A stretch of 64,000 nt of DNA, taken from NCBI RefSeq assembly GCF_009914755.1, contig NC_060925.1; one strand, written 5' to 3'. The translations under genes were made by a program, and so were the position numbers. The notes under the pieces are model-generated. The model saw nothing but the letters and a program-made list of their open reading frames with translations. It made no database searches and was not told where the DNA came from. Position 1 is the stretch's first letter; each line of letters opens with the position of its first letter. The DNA comes from the human T2T-CHM13v2.0 reference genome, Homo sapiens. Below are positions 48,401-64,000 of the stretch, piece by piece.

Positions 48401-48542
48401 CTTGATCCATAGGCTCACATTTGATCCCAACTGGCGGCTGCTTCTTGGCATTAACTTTGGATTCCCAACCAGTAAATCTTAGCAAGATCTGAGTTTCTCC
48501 AGGTATGATATTATTTTGTTTGACCATCCTTATCTTCAAGGG
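48401..48542 (-). other. NBPF 5' leader exon (142 nt) containing an upstream ATG at 48527
   Basis: ttcttcttggtag acceptor, AAG|gtgcgt donor; open frame MVKQNNIIPG...CEPMDQ. Confidence 0.7.
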
Positions 48543-49715
48543 CTACCAAGAAGAAACAAATCATTTATTTACCTCCCCAGAGGAAAAGGTTTTACCAATG
48601 AGACACTTTCTTACCATGACCCCAGGGCCCCCATGCCCTGTTCACTTGAGTGCCCTGTGTGGCCTGAGAGAAGCTCATACTGGTCACAGGATTCTTTATA
48701 TGATTAACCTCCTTCCTGAATCCCAACTTTATGGTGGTGGTGATGACAGGTATCCCATGCTCATGTCCCTGAAGTCATCAGCCTGTCTCCAGTTAGAAAA
48801 AATTACATGTATATAGAGAGGCCTCTTTGGAAGTAGCAAAAGCTTTCTCACCTTCATACATTAATGGTTGGAATGTACAATAGTATAAACACTTTGGGAA
48901 AAAATGTCTGGCATATTCTTACAGAACTAAACAACTACCTATTCTATGACTCACTAATTCCTAAGCATTTATCCAAGAGAAATTAAAACATATGTCCAGA
49001 AAATGATTTATACAAGAATGTTCATAGCAGTTTTATTCATAATAGGAAAAACTGGAAACATTCAAATATCTATCAATACAAGAATGGATCAATAAACTGT
49101 GATACATTCATTCCATGGAATGGCTAAAGGAACAAACTTTTGACACACAAAACAACATGGATGAATCTCAAAAACATTTTGAGTGCAATAGGAGCCATAC
49201 GCAAAACAGTGTGAGAAAAATGATAAATAATAATGGTTTCAAGAAATGCAGAGCAGAGAGCCCAGAGGCAAAGACCCACAGGACAGAGGGTCAGTCCCAG
49301 GCTGTGGATCCTAACTAAGAAACTCCTGCTGGATTTTGCCCAGCTCCATTTCCAAACTATTTTGGGTTATTGACTTCTTTATCCCCTCCATGTTCCCTCA
49401 TTTTGAACTAGAATCACTGTAGTGGTTATTCTATGTCTGTCCCATCATTTCACATTAGGGGCAGATAAGCTGTTTGTTCAGTTTCACAGGTCGACAGAGG
49501 TAAGGGAATTATGTCAAGGATCTGCACTTAATGGACACTCTCGGAAGCCTCATTCACACCTGGTGTGGATGTTTTAGATGGGATTTTAAACTTTTGATCT
49601 GATGTGGTCTACATGACATTTTTCATGTTGAACTAATGCTTTAATGACATGAAATCTGGAAACCTCAGGGGAGAGGGTAAATGCACTTTGCAGATGGGGG
49701 AATGTGAGTGTCCTA

Positions 49716-50290
49716 CTGTGGTAAATGGAATTTCTGAAATGGTCCCCAAACATGCCACACCCTTGTCTCTAAAGCCTCTTAAGGTGATGAGACACCATTC
49801 CTGTGACTATGTTGTTATATGCCAGTTATATGACTTTAAGATGGTGAGGTTACCGCATGAATTGGATCTAATCACATCACTCCATACATGACAGAGCTTT
49901 GTGTGGCTGGTTGGAGAAGATGAAGTCAGAGAAGGTGGGAGCTTGAGAAGGACTCCATGAGTTGTTATTGGTTGAAAGATGAAACAGACAGGTAAGGAGG
50001 AAAGCACGTGGCCTCTGGAGTCAGAGTAGACTGTCTCCCCGCTGACAGCCAGCACAGAAAAAGGGCCCTCAGTCCCCCACAAACAAGAATAGGAACTCTT
50101 TCATTATCTGTAGTGAACCTGGAAAAATAGCTTGAGCTCTAGGAAAAAAACACAGCCAGCCCATTCCCGGATTTTAGCCTCACATGACTCTGATCAGAGA
50201 ACCCGGCCACTTCATTCCAGACTTCTGTGGTTTCAAACCACTGGTTTGTGGTAATGTGATAATAGGCAGCAAGAGAAAACTAGTACAGGT
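49716..50290 (+). mobile_element. MLT1-type MaLR LTR relic (preceded by MLT2-like pieces from about 49250)
   Basis: tgtgactatgttgttatat...ctctggagtcagag...ccgctgacagccagc...ggtttgtggtaat...gaaaactagtaca. Confidence 0.6.
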
Positions 50291-50524
50291 GCCTGTCTCT
50301 CCTCTTGAATTTCAATTTCAGATAAATGTATGCTAACCCTCTAAGAGAAAAAAATCAATCAACCAATCAATGAAAGAACTACAGTAAAAATATTGCCCTC
50401 ACCTTTATGTGGCTGTTCCAGAGCCCTTGCCACCTGAAGAAGACAATGAGGGGTATTTCAGGCACTTGAGGAGTGTGGCTTTACTATTATCAATCACATT
50501 TCTGGAAGAATAAAAATGGTTCAG

Positions 50525-51497
50525 TGAAGGGATGGGTTGCCCCTCCACACCTGTGGGCATTTCTCATTAGGTGGAAGGAGAGACTTGGAAAAGAAAGAGA
50601 CACAGAGACAAAGTACAGAGAAAGAAAAATGGGCCCAGGGGACCGGCGTTCAGCATACGGAGGACCCATGCCGGCACTGGCCTCTGAGTTCCCTTAGTAT
50701 TTATTGATCATTATCGGGCATTTCTGGAGAGGGGGATGTGGCAGGACAATAGGATAATAGTGGAGAGAAGATCAGCAGGTAAACACGTGAACAAATGTCT
50801 CTGCATCATAAACAAGGTAAAGAAAAAAGTGCTGTGCTTTTGATGTGCATATACAGAAACATCTCAATGCCTTAAAGAGCAGTATTGCTGCCAGCATGTC
50901 CCACCTCCAGTCCTAAGGCGGTTTTCTCCTATCTCAGTAGATGGAATATACAATCGGGCTTTACACCGAGACATTCCATTACCCAGGGACGAGCAGGAGA
51001 CAGATGCCTTCCTCTTATCTCAACTGCAAAGAGGCCTTCCTTCCTCTTTTACTAATCCTCCTCAGCACAGACCCTTTATGGGTGTCGGGCTGGGGGACAG
51101 TCAGGTCTTTCCCTTCCCACGAGGCTGTATTTCAGACTATCACATGGGGAGAAACCTTGGACAATACCTGGCTTTCCTAGGCAGAGGACCCTGCAGTCTT
51201 CCGCAGTGTAGTGTGCCTCTGGGTACTTGAGATTAGGGAGTGGTGATGACTCTTAACAAGCATGCTGCCTTCAAGCATTTGTTTAACAAAGCACACCCTG
51301 AACAGCCCTTAATCCATTTAACCCTGAGTTGACACAGCCCATGTCTTAGGGAGCACAGGGTTGGGGGTAGGGTTACAGATTAACAGCGTCTCAAGGCAAA
51401 AGAATTTTTCTTAGTACAGAACAAAATGGAGTCTCTTATGTCTACTTCTTCCTACACAGACACAGTAACAATCTGATCTCTCTTTCTTTTCCCCACA
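50525..51497 (-). mobile_element. HERV-K (HML-2) LTR5-family solo LTR, 973 bp, 6-bp TSD
   Basis: Minus strand starts TGTGGGGAAAAGAAAGAGAGATCAG and ends ...CCCTTCA. TSD gttcag at 50519-50524 and 51498-51503; AATAAA at 50700-50705. Confidence 0.95.
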
Positions 51498-51503
51498 GTT
51501 CAG

Positions 51504-51817
<314 letters not shown>

Positions 51818-52099
51818 TTAACTCCAAATATTATTATGTGAAAATGTATCATCTCAATTTTAATAGCAGATTTTAAAAAATTCCTTTTCTTGTGCTCACC
51901 AGACAAGGTTTGGTAACAAATACCAGTCACCAGCACAGATGAACCAATTCAAGGAGAGCCATAAACAGGACTACTATTATGTTTCCCCAAAAACCATCCC
52001 TAGAATGCAATCTCTTCTCTACTTGTCACAAAACGAACACAATAGTCCACTATATAAAGTCCCAAACACAGGAAAATGTAAATATAATGAAATCTGCTT

Positions 52100-54185
52100 T
52101 CCAAATGTTTATTCTATTCAGACCCAGTCATGGGGACCAGGGATTAGGAAATGACTACAAACAGGTTCAAGGGAATTTGGGAAGTGACAAAATATGCTGA
52201 AGTAGAACTCTGCTGATGGCTGCACAATTCGATAAATCAACTTACATCATTGAGTTGTACATTAACAATGGGGGACTTTTATAACAAGTAATTCTTTAAA
52301 CAAACTTTTAGGTTTCTATTTCAACATGGAAAGAGCTAGGCAGTCATCACTTGTCCTCACAGCTAGAAAAAAGCTGAACAAACTGAAAGTCAACCCTTCT
52401 AGGGTGGATCAGAGAATTGAGGTCACAGGGAAAACTGCCACCTTAAAAATGAGAAACACAGGCTAACACACAAGGAGTCACAGCTCACAGGGAAGAGAAG
52501 CTACTGGGGACAGCAAGTGGGAGGAGCACTTAAATGATATTGACAGATTACTAGAAGCTGAGGGTAGCCTGGCTAGAACATTAAAAACACCTTGAAGACC
52601 AGACTAAGGGGGAATCTCACACATTTCCAAGTGTTACTACAATGATCTCAACCAGGTTCTCATGATGAAGTTCAGAAAAACTCCCTGAGGTTTGGCACTA
52701 CCAACTTCAGGACTTACATTAAGCTACAGTAACCCAAATAGTGTGAAGTTGGTGAAAAGAGAAAACACACACATATAGATGCATGGAAAAGAATACGGAG
52801 CCCAGAAGCAGGCCTACATACAGTCCACTGATCTTCCATGGAGGTTTAGAGACAATTTAAAACAGCAAAGATAGCCTTTCCAACTAGTGGTGCTAGAACA
52901 GCTGGACAACCACATGCAAAAAAATAAATAAATCCAGGTATGCATGTTATATACCCTTTATAAAATAAATCTTACACGTAAATGTAAGGTGCAAAACCAT
53001 AAGAATCCTAAGAGATAAAATAGGAGAAAATCTGAGGGATCCTGGGTTCAATGATGGCTTCTTAGATACAAAACCAAAAGCACAATCTACTAATGAAAAA
53101 AAAATTAAGTTGAGCCTCATTAAAATTAAAAACTTCTGTTGTGTGAAAGACACTGTTAAGAGAATGGAAAAAGCAAGTCACAGACTGGGAGAAAATATTT
53201 ACAAAATAATCTGATGGAAAAACTGCTGTCCAAAATATATGAAGAATTCTGAGAACTAAACAACACAAAGCAAAAAAAAAAAAAAAAAGGTGAAAGATCT
53301 GAACACCTCATTAATAAGATATACAGATGGCAAATAAGCATATGAGAAAGATGTTCAAAATCATTTGTTGTGAGGGAATTGCACATTAAAACAACGAGAT
53401 ATCACTGTAAACCTATCAGAATGGCTAAAACACAAAACGGTGAACACACCAAATGCTGTCGAAGATGAGGAACAACCAGAACTCTCCATAGCTAGTGGAA
53501 ATCAAAAGTGTACAGTCACTTTGGAAAACTTAAGTTCATTCAAAATCCTGCACATAAGTACTTGCAGCAATTTTATCATAATTGTCAAAACTTGGAAGTA
53601 CCCAAGACGTCTTTCACCAAGTGAATGAATAAACAAACTGTGTTGTAGCCATACAATGAAATCTGATTCAGTGATTTTACAAAACAAGCTGTCAAGTCAT
53701 GAAAAGACGTGGAGGAACTTAAAAGTACATAATGCTAGAAAGAAGCCAGTCTGGAAACCTACATACTGTAATTCCAACTCTAGGACATTCTTGGAAAGTC
53801 AAAAAGATAGAAGTAGTAAAATGATGAGTGGTTGTCAGGGGTGGAGGAGAGGAGGAGGCACGAAATGGTGAAGTACAGGGAATTTTCAGCAGTGAAACTA
53901 TTTTGCATGATGCTGTATTGGGGATTTAGGACATTACATAATTGCCAAAACCCATAATCTGTGAAACTCAAAGAATGAACTCTAGTGTAAACTATGGACT
54001 TTAGTTGATAATGATGTATCAATAGTGGTTCATCAATTGTAACGAATGGACCACACTAATACAACATACTAATAGGGGAAACTGTGTGCTGGAGGACAGG
54101 GGAGCCTAGGAGAACTCTCTGTACTATCCACTCCATTTTTCTGTAAACCTAGAACTGTTCTAAAAAATAACATCTATTACTTTTT
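52100..54185 (+). mobile_element. Ancient L1M (ORF2 end and 3' UTR) fragments
   Basis: cttagatacaaaaccaaaagcacaatc, aaattaaaaacttctg and atgaatctagtgtaaactatggact-type motifs. Confidence 0.65.
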
Positions 54186-54629
54186 TTTAATTAGGATGCA
54201 GCAGCCCCATACCAAGGTTTTGGTGGCATCCTGTTATTGTGTGGTTAGTACTTGGCATTGAAGTGCACCAACCTGGAGTCAGAGCAGTTGGAGATTTCAA
54301 TGCCTGTGCCATTTACCTCTAACCCTGGGGTGCCCCCGGAACACAGATAGCAGATCAGTTAGGCAGAAGCAGCCTCAGTCATCTAGACAGTGCAGGGTTC
54401 TGGTAAGGACAGGTGCAAACCATCTAGGTGGGCAGAACTTGGTGATGACTAGGAACCACTGAGACTCAGCAGCTGCCCCAGTGGCACCCACAAATCAGAG
54501 GAGGAGGAGGCTGGGAGGACCTAAGGGCTACAGGACGAGCTCCCTGCCTACAAGACAGAAGCAGCTCCAGAGGTTTTGGTAAGTAATGTAGATTTCAGTG
54601 CAGTGTGGTCTATTTAAAAAAGTAGAACA

Positions 54630-54855
54630 AAAAGGAAAGAAAAAGAGAGAACATGAGAGACAAAGAAAAAGAAAAGAAGAAAGGAAGAAAGGAAAGAATG
54701 GAGGGAGGGAAGGAAGGAGGAAGGGAGGAAGGAAGGAAGGAAGGAAGGGAGGGAGGGTGGAAGGGAAGGAGGGAGGGAAAGAATAAAGAGAGAGAGAAAA
54801 AGAGTGGGAGAGAAGTAGGGAAGGGAGAGAAGTAGGGAAGGAAGGAAGGAAGGAA
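54630..54855. repeat. Polypurine (GGAA/GGGA/GA) low-complexity tract
   Basis: Direct reading. Confidence 0.92.
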
Positions 54856-56084
54856 ATGAACAAATTTACATGAAGATGAGAACATCCAGGGGAACTTACA
54901 CCACCAGTATTTTCCATTAACAGGAACACGCTAACTAGTTATTGGAGAGAGACGCACTACTGTAAAACTATATACTGTTTCCATGGGGTACAACCCCTTC
55001 TTCCTCCTCTGAAACACATTATTCCTCTGGCCCACTGTTGCCAGAAACACTGAGTCTTGTCTTTGGATAAGTTCTGGTGCCCCAAAGAAAGAGATGAGAC
55101 AGTGGATCCCAGAACACCAGGCCGCAACCTTCCCTGCTGCTCCTTGTCCACTCCAGAAGCTGCCCAGCTGCAGGTGGGGGCCTCAGCCCCTGGGTCTGAC
55201 ATCGTCCATTTGTCATTCTCACTGGACTTCCCTCCTTGCACTGGCTCCCACTCCCCCAGGACCTGGTGGACGGCCACGTGAGAAGGATACAAACAGGCCA
55301 TGCCCCTTTCTTTCTCCCCCTCTCAATGCCTGCAGTGGTGGGTTCCATGGGGTAGTGACCTGAGATTTACTCGTTATGGGGTCTCTAGCCCAGAGCAGGG
55401 CATGGTACCTAATAGTCACCCCATGAATGCTCAGTGAAAGAAGGCGTCCACCACAAGGTCCTGGGGAACCAAGAATTCCACTGTGGCCCATAAATTCTAA
55501 GTCCCACAGGATTCTGGAATGGGAGATGGGAACGGCCTTCAAAAGTGGCCTCTCTTTTAACCCATTATACTGGCAACTGAGCCATGTTTCCCCATCCTGG
55601 ACACATCTAGAGGGCACTGCCTAAAACCACACACATCTCCCCACCCAGGACAGTGCAGGGCCTTAGCCTGGGGGATGCAGGTGGACAGGGAGGGGGTGAG
55701 CCATGAAAGCTGAAGAGGAGAAAGCAGGTGAAAGGGGACGGCAGGGTGGAAACAAGAGATGGAAATGGGGGCAGAGAATGGGGGGTAAGAGGGGAAGAGC
55801 AAGGAGTGGGATGCAGATCTAGCTACTAAGGAAAAGTCCTGGAGAGAACACTGTCCTCTCCTGAAGTAAAATCACTTCCACCTGACAACGGCACTGCAGG
55901 TCGAGGGTGGCACACGCTGTGAATATTTGTTCATTCACTTAACAAATATTAATTCAGTATCTGTTTCATGCCAGGTAAGGCCCTGCGATGTTTAGGGCCC
56001 TTGGCATCTTCCCTTCACATCTGAGTCATAATAGAAAAAGGACTCTCTGACTCCATCGAGCTGGCAATGCCTCAGGGTTTTTAC

Positions 56085-56327
56085 CTGTGGGATCTGGCAG
56101 CTCTTCATTTGGCCCACACCGTGTGAGGTTGCTCTTGGTGCACCGAATGGGGAAGTTTCTACATCAGTACCTCGGAGAGTCCACTGGAAGCCCTGGACAG
56201 TGGGAATTGGTGGCACCCCCAGCATGGAGGCCAAGAACACACAGCACTGAAGCTCCAGGACACCCTCAGGAGGACGGTAAGGGACGGTAAGGTGAGAGCC
56301 TGGGTCACCAGGAACCTTCGCCTGCAT
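56085..56327 (-). other. Candidate NBPF 5' UTR exon (up to 243 nt)
   Basis: cctgtttag acceptor, CAG|gtaaaa donor; sequence recalled from NBPF leaders. Confidence 0.55.
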
Positions 56328-56519
56328 CTAAACAGGATTTGCTTTCAGATTGCCTATGAGATAAAAGAGAGAAATCATGGTTAATATTGAGATTTGGGGC
56401 TTCGGCAACTTGAAGGATGGAGCTGCCGTTTACGGAGACTGGGAAGACCCAGGGAGGAGCAGGTTGAAAGGTGGTGGGGAACTAGAATTGTTTGGGTTCC
56501 TGTCATATGTAATCAACAG

Positions 56520-56715
56520 TCCTCACCAGCCTCGGCAACATAGTAAGACCCCATCTCTGAAAATAAAAAATGAAAAATTGGCCCAGCATGGTGGCACACA
56601 CTTGTAGTCTCAGCTACTCGGAAGGTTGAGGCAGGAGGATTCCTTGAGCCTTGAATTAGAGGTTAGTGAGCTATGATGGCACCACTGAACTCCAGCCTGG
56701 GGGAAAAAAAAATAA
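56520..56715 (+). mobile_element. Alu fragment (FRAM/AluJ-like)
   Basis: accagcctcggcaacatagtaagacccc...ctccagcctggg plus A tail. Confidence 0.85.
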
Positions 56716-57345
56716 AGAGTCCTGACTAAATACTTGAGTAGCCAGGGAAGTTTTCACCAAGTAATACTTGAGGCAGATCTTAGTGAACAAGAATTTGATT
56801 CTTTCTGTTAGGGAATTAAGAGTGTGTGGGTGTAGTTAATGCTTCTTTGGAATCTCATCTACTGGTCTATCTGTACACGTATATTCTACAGGCTATCTCG
56901 CTGAGCTTTCGCTAGGTTATGCTACAGTAACAAAAGCCCCAAAATCTTAGCAGCAACACATACAAAGGTTTATTTTTCATTGACATTTCCTTTTATGTCA
57001 GGTTGACTGTGACTCTGCTGTATACAAGCTATTTTATTTGTTAGATGGTGAAAACTGTGACACTTGGAGATTGTTGAATATGGTATATTAGTATGTTCAT
57101 TCATTCATTCATTTAACAAATATTTATTCAATATCTGTTTCATGCCAGGCAAGGTCAAGTACTGAGAATACAATGGTGAATAAGAGACAAAATCTCAAAT
57201 TTCCAGGAGCTTATGTTGAAAATGAGATTGAACACATACAAAATAATCATAACAACAACAATGAATACTATATTCATAAATAATAGCTGTTAAGAGATTT
57301 TAGTAAATCTTTTAAATTAGAAAAACATAAAAATCATTAAAACTA

Positions 57346-57644
<299 letters not shown>

Positions 57645-58298
57645 ATGGTTCGATGTAGTCCTAAAACTATTATGTAGAATACTATTGTTTACATCATATC
57701 ACGTCGGCCCTTTAAATGGCTTAACGCTTATTTAGGTACGATCCATAAAGTTTTCCTGGTAATTAAGTATACCTAAGAACAATGAAGTATAAAAGAGTTA
57801 CTGCCTTGACAGGAAGATTGTAAAAATTGTAAAAAGATAAATAAATAAAGAGTCAAAACTGTAGCTCTGTGAGGCTCAAATAACATCTAATTCAAGTCAC
57901 AATGAACATCTAGCAATCACTGTGAACACCACATACTTCCCTTAATACATTTTCCCTGAATGCCCAACACATCTGAATTACCAACACCCGTATGTAGCCA
58001 AGAAACTGACAATCATTTATAAATTATCACCTATGACTCCATCTGCTCTATGCACTTATTTTTTAAATTTTACTCATTTATTTATTATTTTTATTTTTTG
58101 TAGAGATGGGATCTCACTATATTGCCCAGGTTGGTCCAGAAACAGAAACAGACCCACACTAATTTCATAAATTGGATGACCATGCAGTCATCCGATTTAA
58201 GAAAAAAAGTGCCAAACAGTGCAGAAGGAAAAGGATAGTCTTTTCAATAAATGGTGCTGGATCAAGCAGACACATCCATGTAGTAAAAAGTGAATCAT

Positions 58299-58595
58299 AG
58301 CCGGGTGGGGTGGCTCATGCCTGTAATCCCCACACTCTGGGAGGCTTAAGTGGGAAGATTACTTGAGCCCAACAGTTTGAGACCAACCTGGGAAACATGT
58401 TGAATCCCCATCTCTACAAAAAGTATGAAAATTAAGCCAGGCATGGTGGCACACTCCTATAGTCGCAGCTACTCAGGAGGCTGAGGTGGGAGGATCGCTT
58501 GAGCCAGGAGGTGGAGGTTGCAGTGAGCTGAGATCCTGCCACGGCACTCTAGCCTGGGCAATAGAGTGAGGCCCTGTCTGAAAAAAAAAAAAAGA
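58299..58595 (+). mobile_element. Alu (AluJ-like)
   Basis: Dimer with A tail. Confidence 0.9.
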
Positions 58596-58751
58596 AATGC
58601 AAAAACTAAAATAAAATTGCTATAAGGTTAACACAGAAAAATGTGTTCATACTCCTAGGTTAGGCATTGATTTCTTAAACAGGACACAAAAAGCAGTAAC
58701 CATAAAGGAAAAGATTGATAAAGTATAATTTCATTAAAATTAAGAATCTCA

Positions 58752-59050
58752 GGCTGGGTGCAGTGGCTCATGCCTGTAATCCCAACACTTTGGGAGGCCG
58801 AGGCAGATGTCTCACCCGAGCCTAGGAATTCCAGACCAGCCTATGCAATGTGGCAAAACCCCATCTCTACTAAAAATACAGAAAAGAGCTGAGTGTGGTG
58901 GTGCTCACCTGTAGGTCCCAGCTACTTGGGGGCTGAGGCAGGAGGATCACCTGAGCCTTGGGAGGTCAAGGTTGCGGTCAGCTGTGATTGTGCCACTGCA
59001 CTCCAGCCTGGGCAACAGAGTGAGATCTTGTCTCAAAAAGAAAAAAAAAA
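58752..59050 (+). mobile_element. Alu (AluJ-like)
   Basis: Dimer with A tail. Confidence 0.9.
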
Positions 59051-59570
59051 GTTAGAGAATCTCCATTCATGAATAAGCACCATTAAAAGAGCGAAAAGGC
59101 AAGCTACAGATTGAAAAAAGGGAAATGCAATACATATATATCGTAGAAAGGACACATATCCGGAAAAAAGTATTACAAATCAACAGAAAAACAAGCATAT
59201 CAATGAAAACTGGATAAAAAGATTTAACAGGCACTTCACAAAAGAGGACACACAAATGACAATAAAAGATACTCAATCTCAATACCAGGAAAATGCAAAA
59301 TGAAATCACACTGATACATTACTGCACCCCTACTAGAATGGCAAAATAATTTTTAACTGACAGGCATCAGCAAGGATGTGGGGTAACCAGAATATCCCTG
59401 CTAAATGGTACAACCACTTTGGGAAAACGTTCAACAGTATGTAATACTAAGTTTTATCATTCATATACCTCTAAAACCAACAATGCCACTCCTACAAATA
59501 TACCCCAGTCTAGTAATGCTCTATTTCTTGATCTGTGGTGGTTCACTTGGTAAAAATTCATTACCTGTAC

Positions 59571-59875
59571 TTTTTTTTTTTTTTTTTTTTTTGGAGACAG
59601 GGTCTCACTCTGCCACCCAGGCGGGAGTGCACTGCCATGATCACAGCTCACTGCAATCTCAACCTCCTGGGCTCTGGTGATCCTCCCACCTCAGCCTACC
59701 AGGTAGCTGGGACTACAGGCACACACCACCACACACAGCTAACTTTTGTAATTTTAGTAGAGATAGGGTTTTGGCACGTTGCCCAGGCTGGTCTGGAAAT
59801 CCTGGGCTCAAGTGATCCGCCCACCTTGGCGTCCCAAAGTGCTGGGATTACAGGTGTGATCTACCGCGCCCGGAC
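59571..59875 (-). mobile_element. Alu (AluJ-like)
   Basis: Poly-T plus dimer. Confidence 0.9.
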
Positions 59876-60102
59876 CACCTGCACATTTAAAATTGTGAAC
59901 CTCTCTGTATACTTCAGTAACTTTTCAAAGATTTCTTTGACACAAAGTTCTCAGAAATCTTAAAGCTAGCATTTCACAACAGAAAAAAAGAGCTTCTGGT
60001 TCACTGGTGAAATTTTACTAATAAAATTTAAAAACAAAAAGCTACTAACACATATCAGCTCAGAACAAAGACTAAACACTACCAGCAGATCTTTCCTTTA
60101 AC

Positions 60103-60295
60103 CTCGTGAAGCACTGGGATTCATTCTTTCGGCAAAGAAAGGATGAACAACACTGTAACCCAAAGAAAAGATACCACTGCAAGAAAAGACTTCTTTTCGA
60201 AAGCAGCTCTAGCAGCAAAAGATAGGAGGAAAGCAAGGAAACCATGCCAAACGTCTTGGTTAACTCTTCGGAGAAAGGACGCCAAATGAGAAGAT
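60103..60295 (-). other. Candidate NBPF 5' UTR exon 2 (alternative acceptors possible)
   Basis: cttgttag acceptor, GAG|gttaaa donor. Confidence 0.5.
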
Positions 60296-60429
60296 CTAAC
60301 AAGCCAGAAAGACAGATACAGGGAAATCACAGCAACTCTTTGGAGTGCAAACACCAACCCCACAATCCAACCTACCGGAAATCCTGCGGTGAATTAGAGG
60401 CCTGCCCCGCTAGTCATGAGGTGATTCAG

Positions 60430-61610
60430 TGACGGCTACAAACGCTCCTCATGTGCATCCTGGACTTGGTACACCCGGCTTGCCCATCACCAGCCTGGAG
60501 AAACCGCCACGAGCAGAATCCCGGAGGCCAATAAAGACCCCAACTTTGCAAGTCAGGGGCGCGAGTGGTCTCGCTTCTCAGGTCCCCAGAGGCAACCGAT
60601 TTCTGGCCTCGAGGGTGGGGTGCGGGGTCAGGGTCCTCCACAGGATACACGAGGACGTGCCCCCGAAGCTGCTCGTCCCTCCACCCCCTGGGATGCCACA
60701 GAACACCCGCCAGCGAGTTTCTTCCCCAGCGCCCAAGAGATGAGGGCTGCGGGCGGCAGCGGCAAGCGAGGAATCGAACGCATGGAACTTAAGCCCCGGC
60801 GGGGCCGGAACACACGCCCTCCCAACCCCCCACCCCGCCTCGCCCTCCGTCGCTCGCAACAAAGCTTGCGACAGCCGCAGCTCGACCCAGCTGTGTACCC
60901 GCGGGTCCCGGACTCACCGCCCGCCCGGCCTGGCGCGGCGCCTTCACCTCGGAAACGCTGGGTGGACTTCGCTGTAAACCGTAACTTCCCATCCAGACGG
61001 CAGCCGCGCCGCCGCGCCTCGGCCCGCTCCTGGCGCCACAGGTCGCCCGTCCCGCGTTCCCAAAAGCACCGCGTTCACTCAGAAGCTCACGCAGCCTCGC
61101 GACGCTCACCTACCCCTCCCAATATCGCCGCTGTCTCAACCGCCGCCCAGCCCATAGCCTGCGGCCAGCTGGATCCTCAGGGTCCCGCTCGGCGCGTCAG
61201 GAGAGCCCAAGGCGCAGGCGCAGCGGGACCTTAAAGGTACATGGCCGCCTCTGCGGCACAGCGGGTTCGCGCGGGCCAGGAAAAGGAGTAACCGAGCGGA
61301 TAGACAGAGTGCAGCAGAGACCGGGAAATCCCTCTCTCCCCTCCGCCTCTCTTTTAAAGCACCAGCCCTTGACCCTACAAATCGCTGATTTCCCGGGCCA
61401 CTTGAACCGCCCCTGCCAGGTTAAAGGGGCAGAAGACACACCCCCTCGGGGGCCCGGAGCGACCCCGCGCTTAGGACTGCAGGCCTGGTGCTGCAGCACC
61501 GCCCCCGAGTCTGACTTCCAGGCCCGGGCATGGGGTGCAGACGCGCAGACGTGGGAAGGCAACCCCCAGCTCCCCCGAGAGGTGGCCTTAGGTCACTCGC
61601 AAAAACAATA
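60430..61610 (-). promoter_or_regulatory. CpG-island promoter and first exon of NBPF (EVI5-derived promoter type)
   Basis: Dense CpG/GC content. Minus-strand donors after 61110, 60948 and 60918. NRF1-like GCGCCTGCGC at 61212-61221 and YY1-like ATGGCCGCC at about 61241. The EVI5 origin is published for NBPF promoters but not verified here. Confidence 0.85.
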
Positions 61611-61828
61611 ACCCACATGTCAGTGGGACTTGTAGTGATTTTCTAATTTAAATTAATAACAGATTTTGCAGATGGGCTTCCACTGAAATAAGCCTTTGAG
61701 AAAAAGAAAAACTTTTTCAACAAGATTAGGAAATACCAAGAAATAGGAAGTAAAGCCATGCCGTCCACCCAGCTAACAGCTTTGAAAACTTGAAATTTTA
61801 TCTAAGGCAAATGCTTGCATAACTTTAG

Positions 61829-62733
<905 letters not shown>

Positions 62734-62743
62734 ATAATAATTA

Positions 62744-63238
<495 letters not shown>

Positions 63239-63595
63239 CTAGTGAAAATAAAGCTGTCTCTTTGAAAAGATCAATAAACTTGACAAAGAAAAAAAGAAGT
63301 CAGCTTATGAACATCAGGATGAAACAGGGACTACACTCATTACAGACTGCAGATATCAAAGGGATAATAATAAGGGAAAAACTATTTAAAATTCTGTACA
63401 CACATATATTTGACAACCCAGATGAATTGGACAAATGTGTCGTAAGTATCAACTACCACAACTTACCTAAAGCAAAACAGGTCATCTGAGTAGCTCTGTA
63501 ACTATGAAAATAATTGGATTCCTAATTTTAAAATTTCCAGAAAGAAAAGCTCCAGGTCCAGATGGTTTCACTGGAGAATTCTACCAAACGGTTGA

Positions 63596-63912
<317 letters not shown>

Positions 63913-64000
63913 AATTAACATCAATTCTGTACAATCTGTTCCAGAAAATAGAAGATGAAGGAACACCTCTCGACTATTTCTGTAAAACTGTGATTACCCC

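Noticed and set aside
60620-61234. 204-aa + strand ORF and other CpG-island ORFs
   Set aside because: Pro/Arg/Ala-rich frames are expected from stop-codon scarcity in GC-rich DNA; no recognisable homology.

Overview
Human/great-ape genomic DNA from the chromosome 1q21-type segmental-duplication region. The main feature is a minus-strand NBPF (Olduvai/DUF1220) gene at about 21.1-61.2 kb. I could splice it by hand into 15 GT-AG coding exons (2016 nt, 671 aa, no internal stop), encoding one coiled-coil N-terminal unit plus six Olduvai domains (CON1, CON2, HLS1, HLS2, HLS3, CON3). Recalled diagnostic residues point to NBPF9, apparently as a shorter allele. The gene has several 5' UTR exons and a CpG-island promoter at about 61 kb. 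Its introns hold an antisense PFN1 processed pseudogene, a sense HERV-K LTR5 solo LTR, nested L1s and many Alus. Beyond its 3' end (lower coordinates) lie a degenerate tRNA-Gln(CTG), a block of three abutting L1 elements (0.65-10.8 kb) and a plus-strand poly(A) signal, probably the end of the convergent PDE4DIP-type gene. I see no clearly new biological system. The best leads are isoform-level mechanisms in NBPF (uORF versus N-terminal-extension switch, stop-free circRNA, frame-shifted duplication creating the polybasic linker) and atypical retrotransposition junctions. Repeat subfamily and paralog names come from recall, not from a search.
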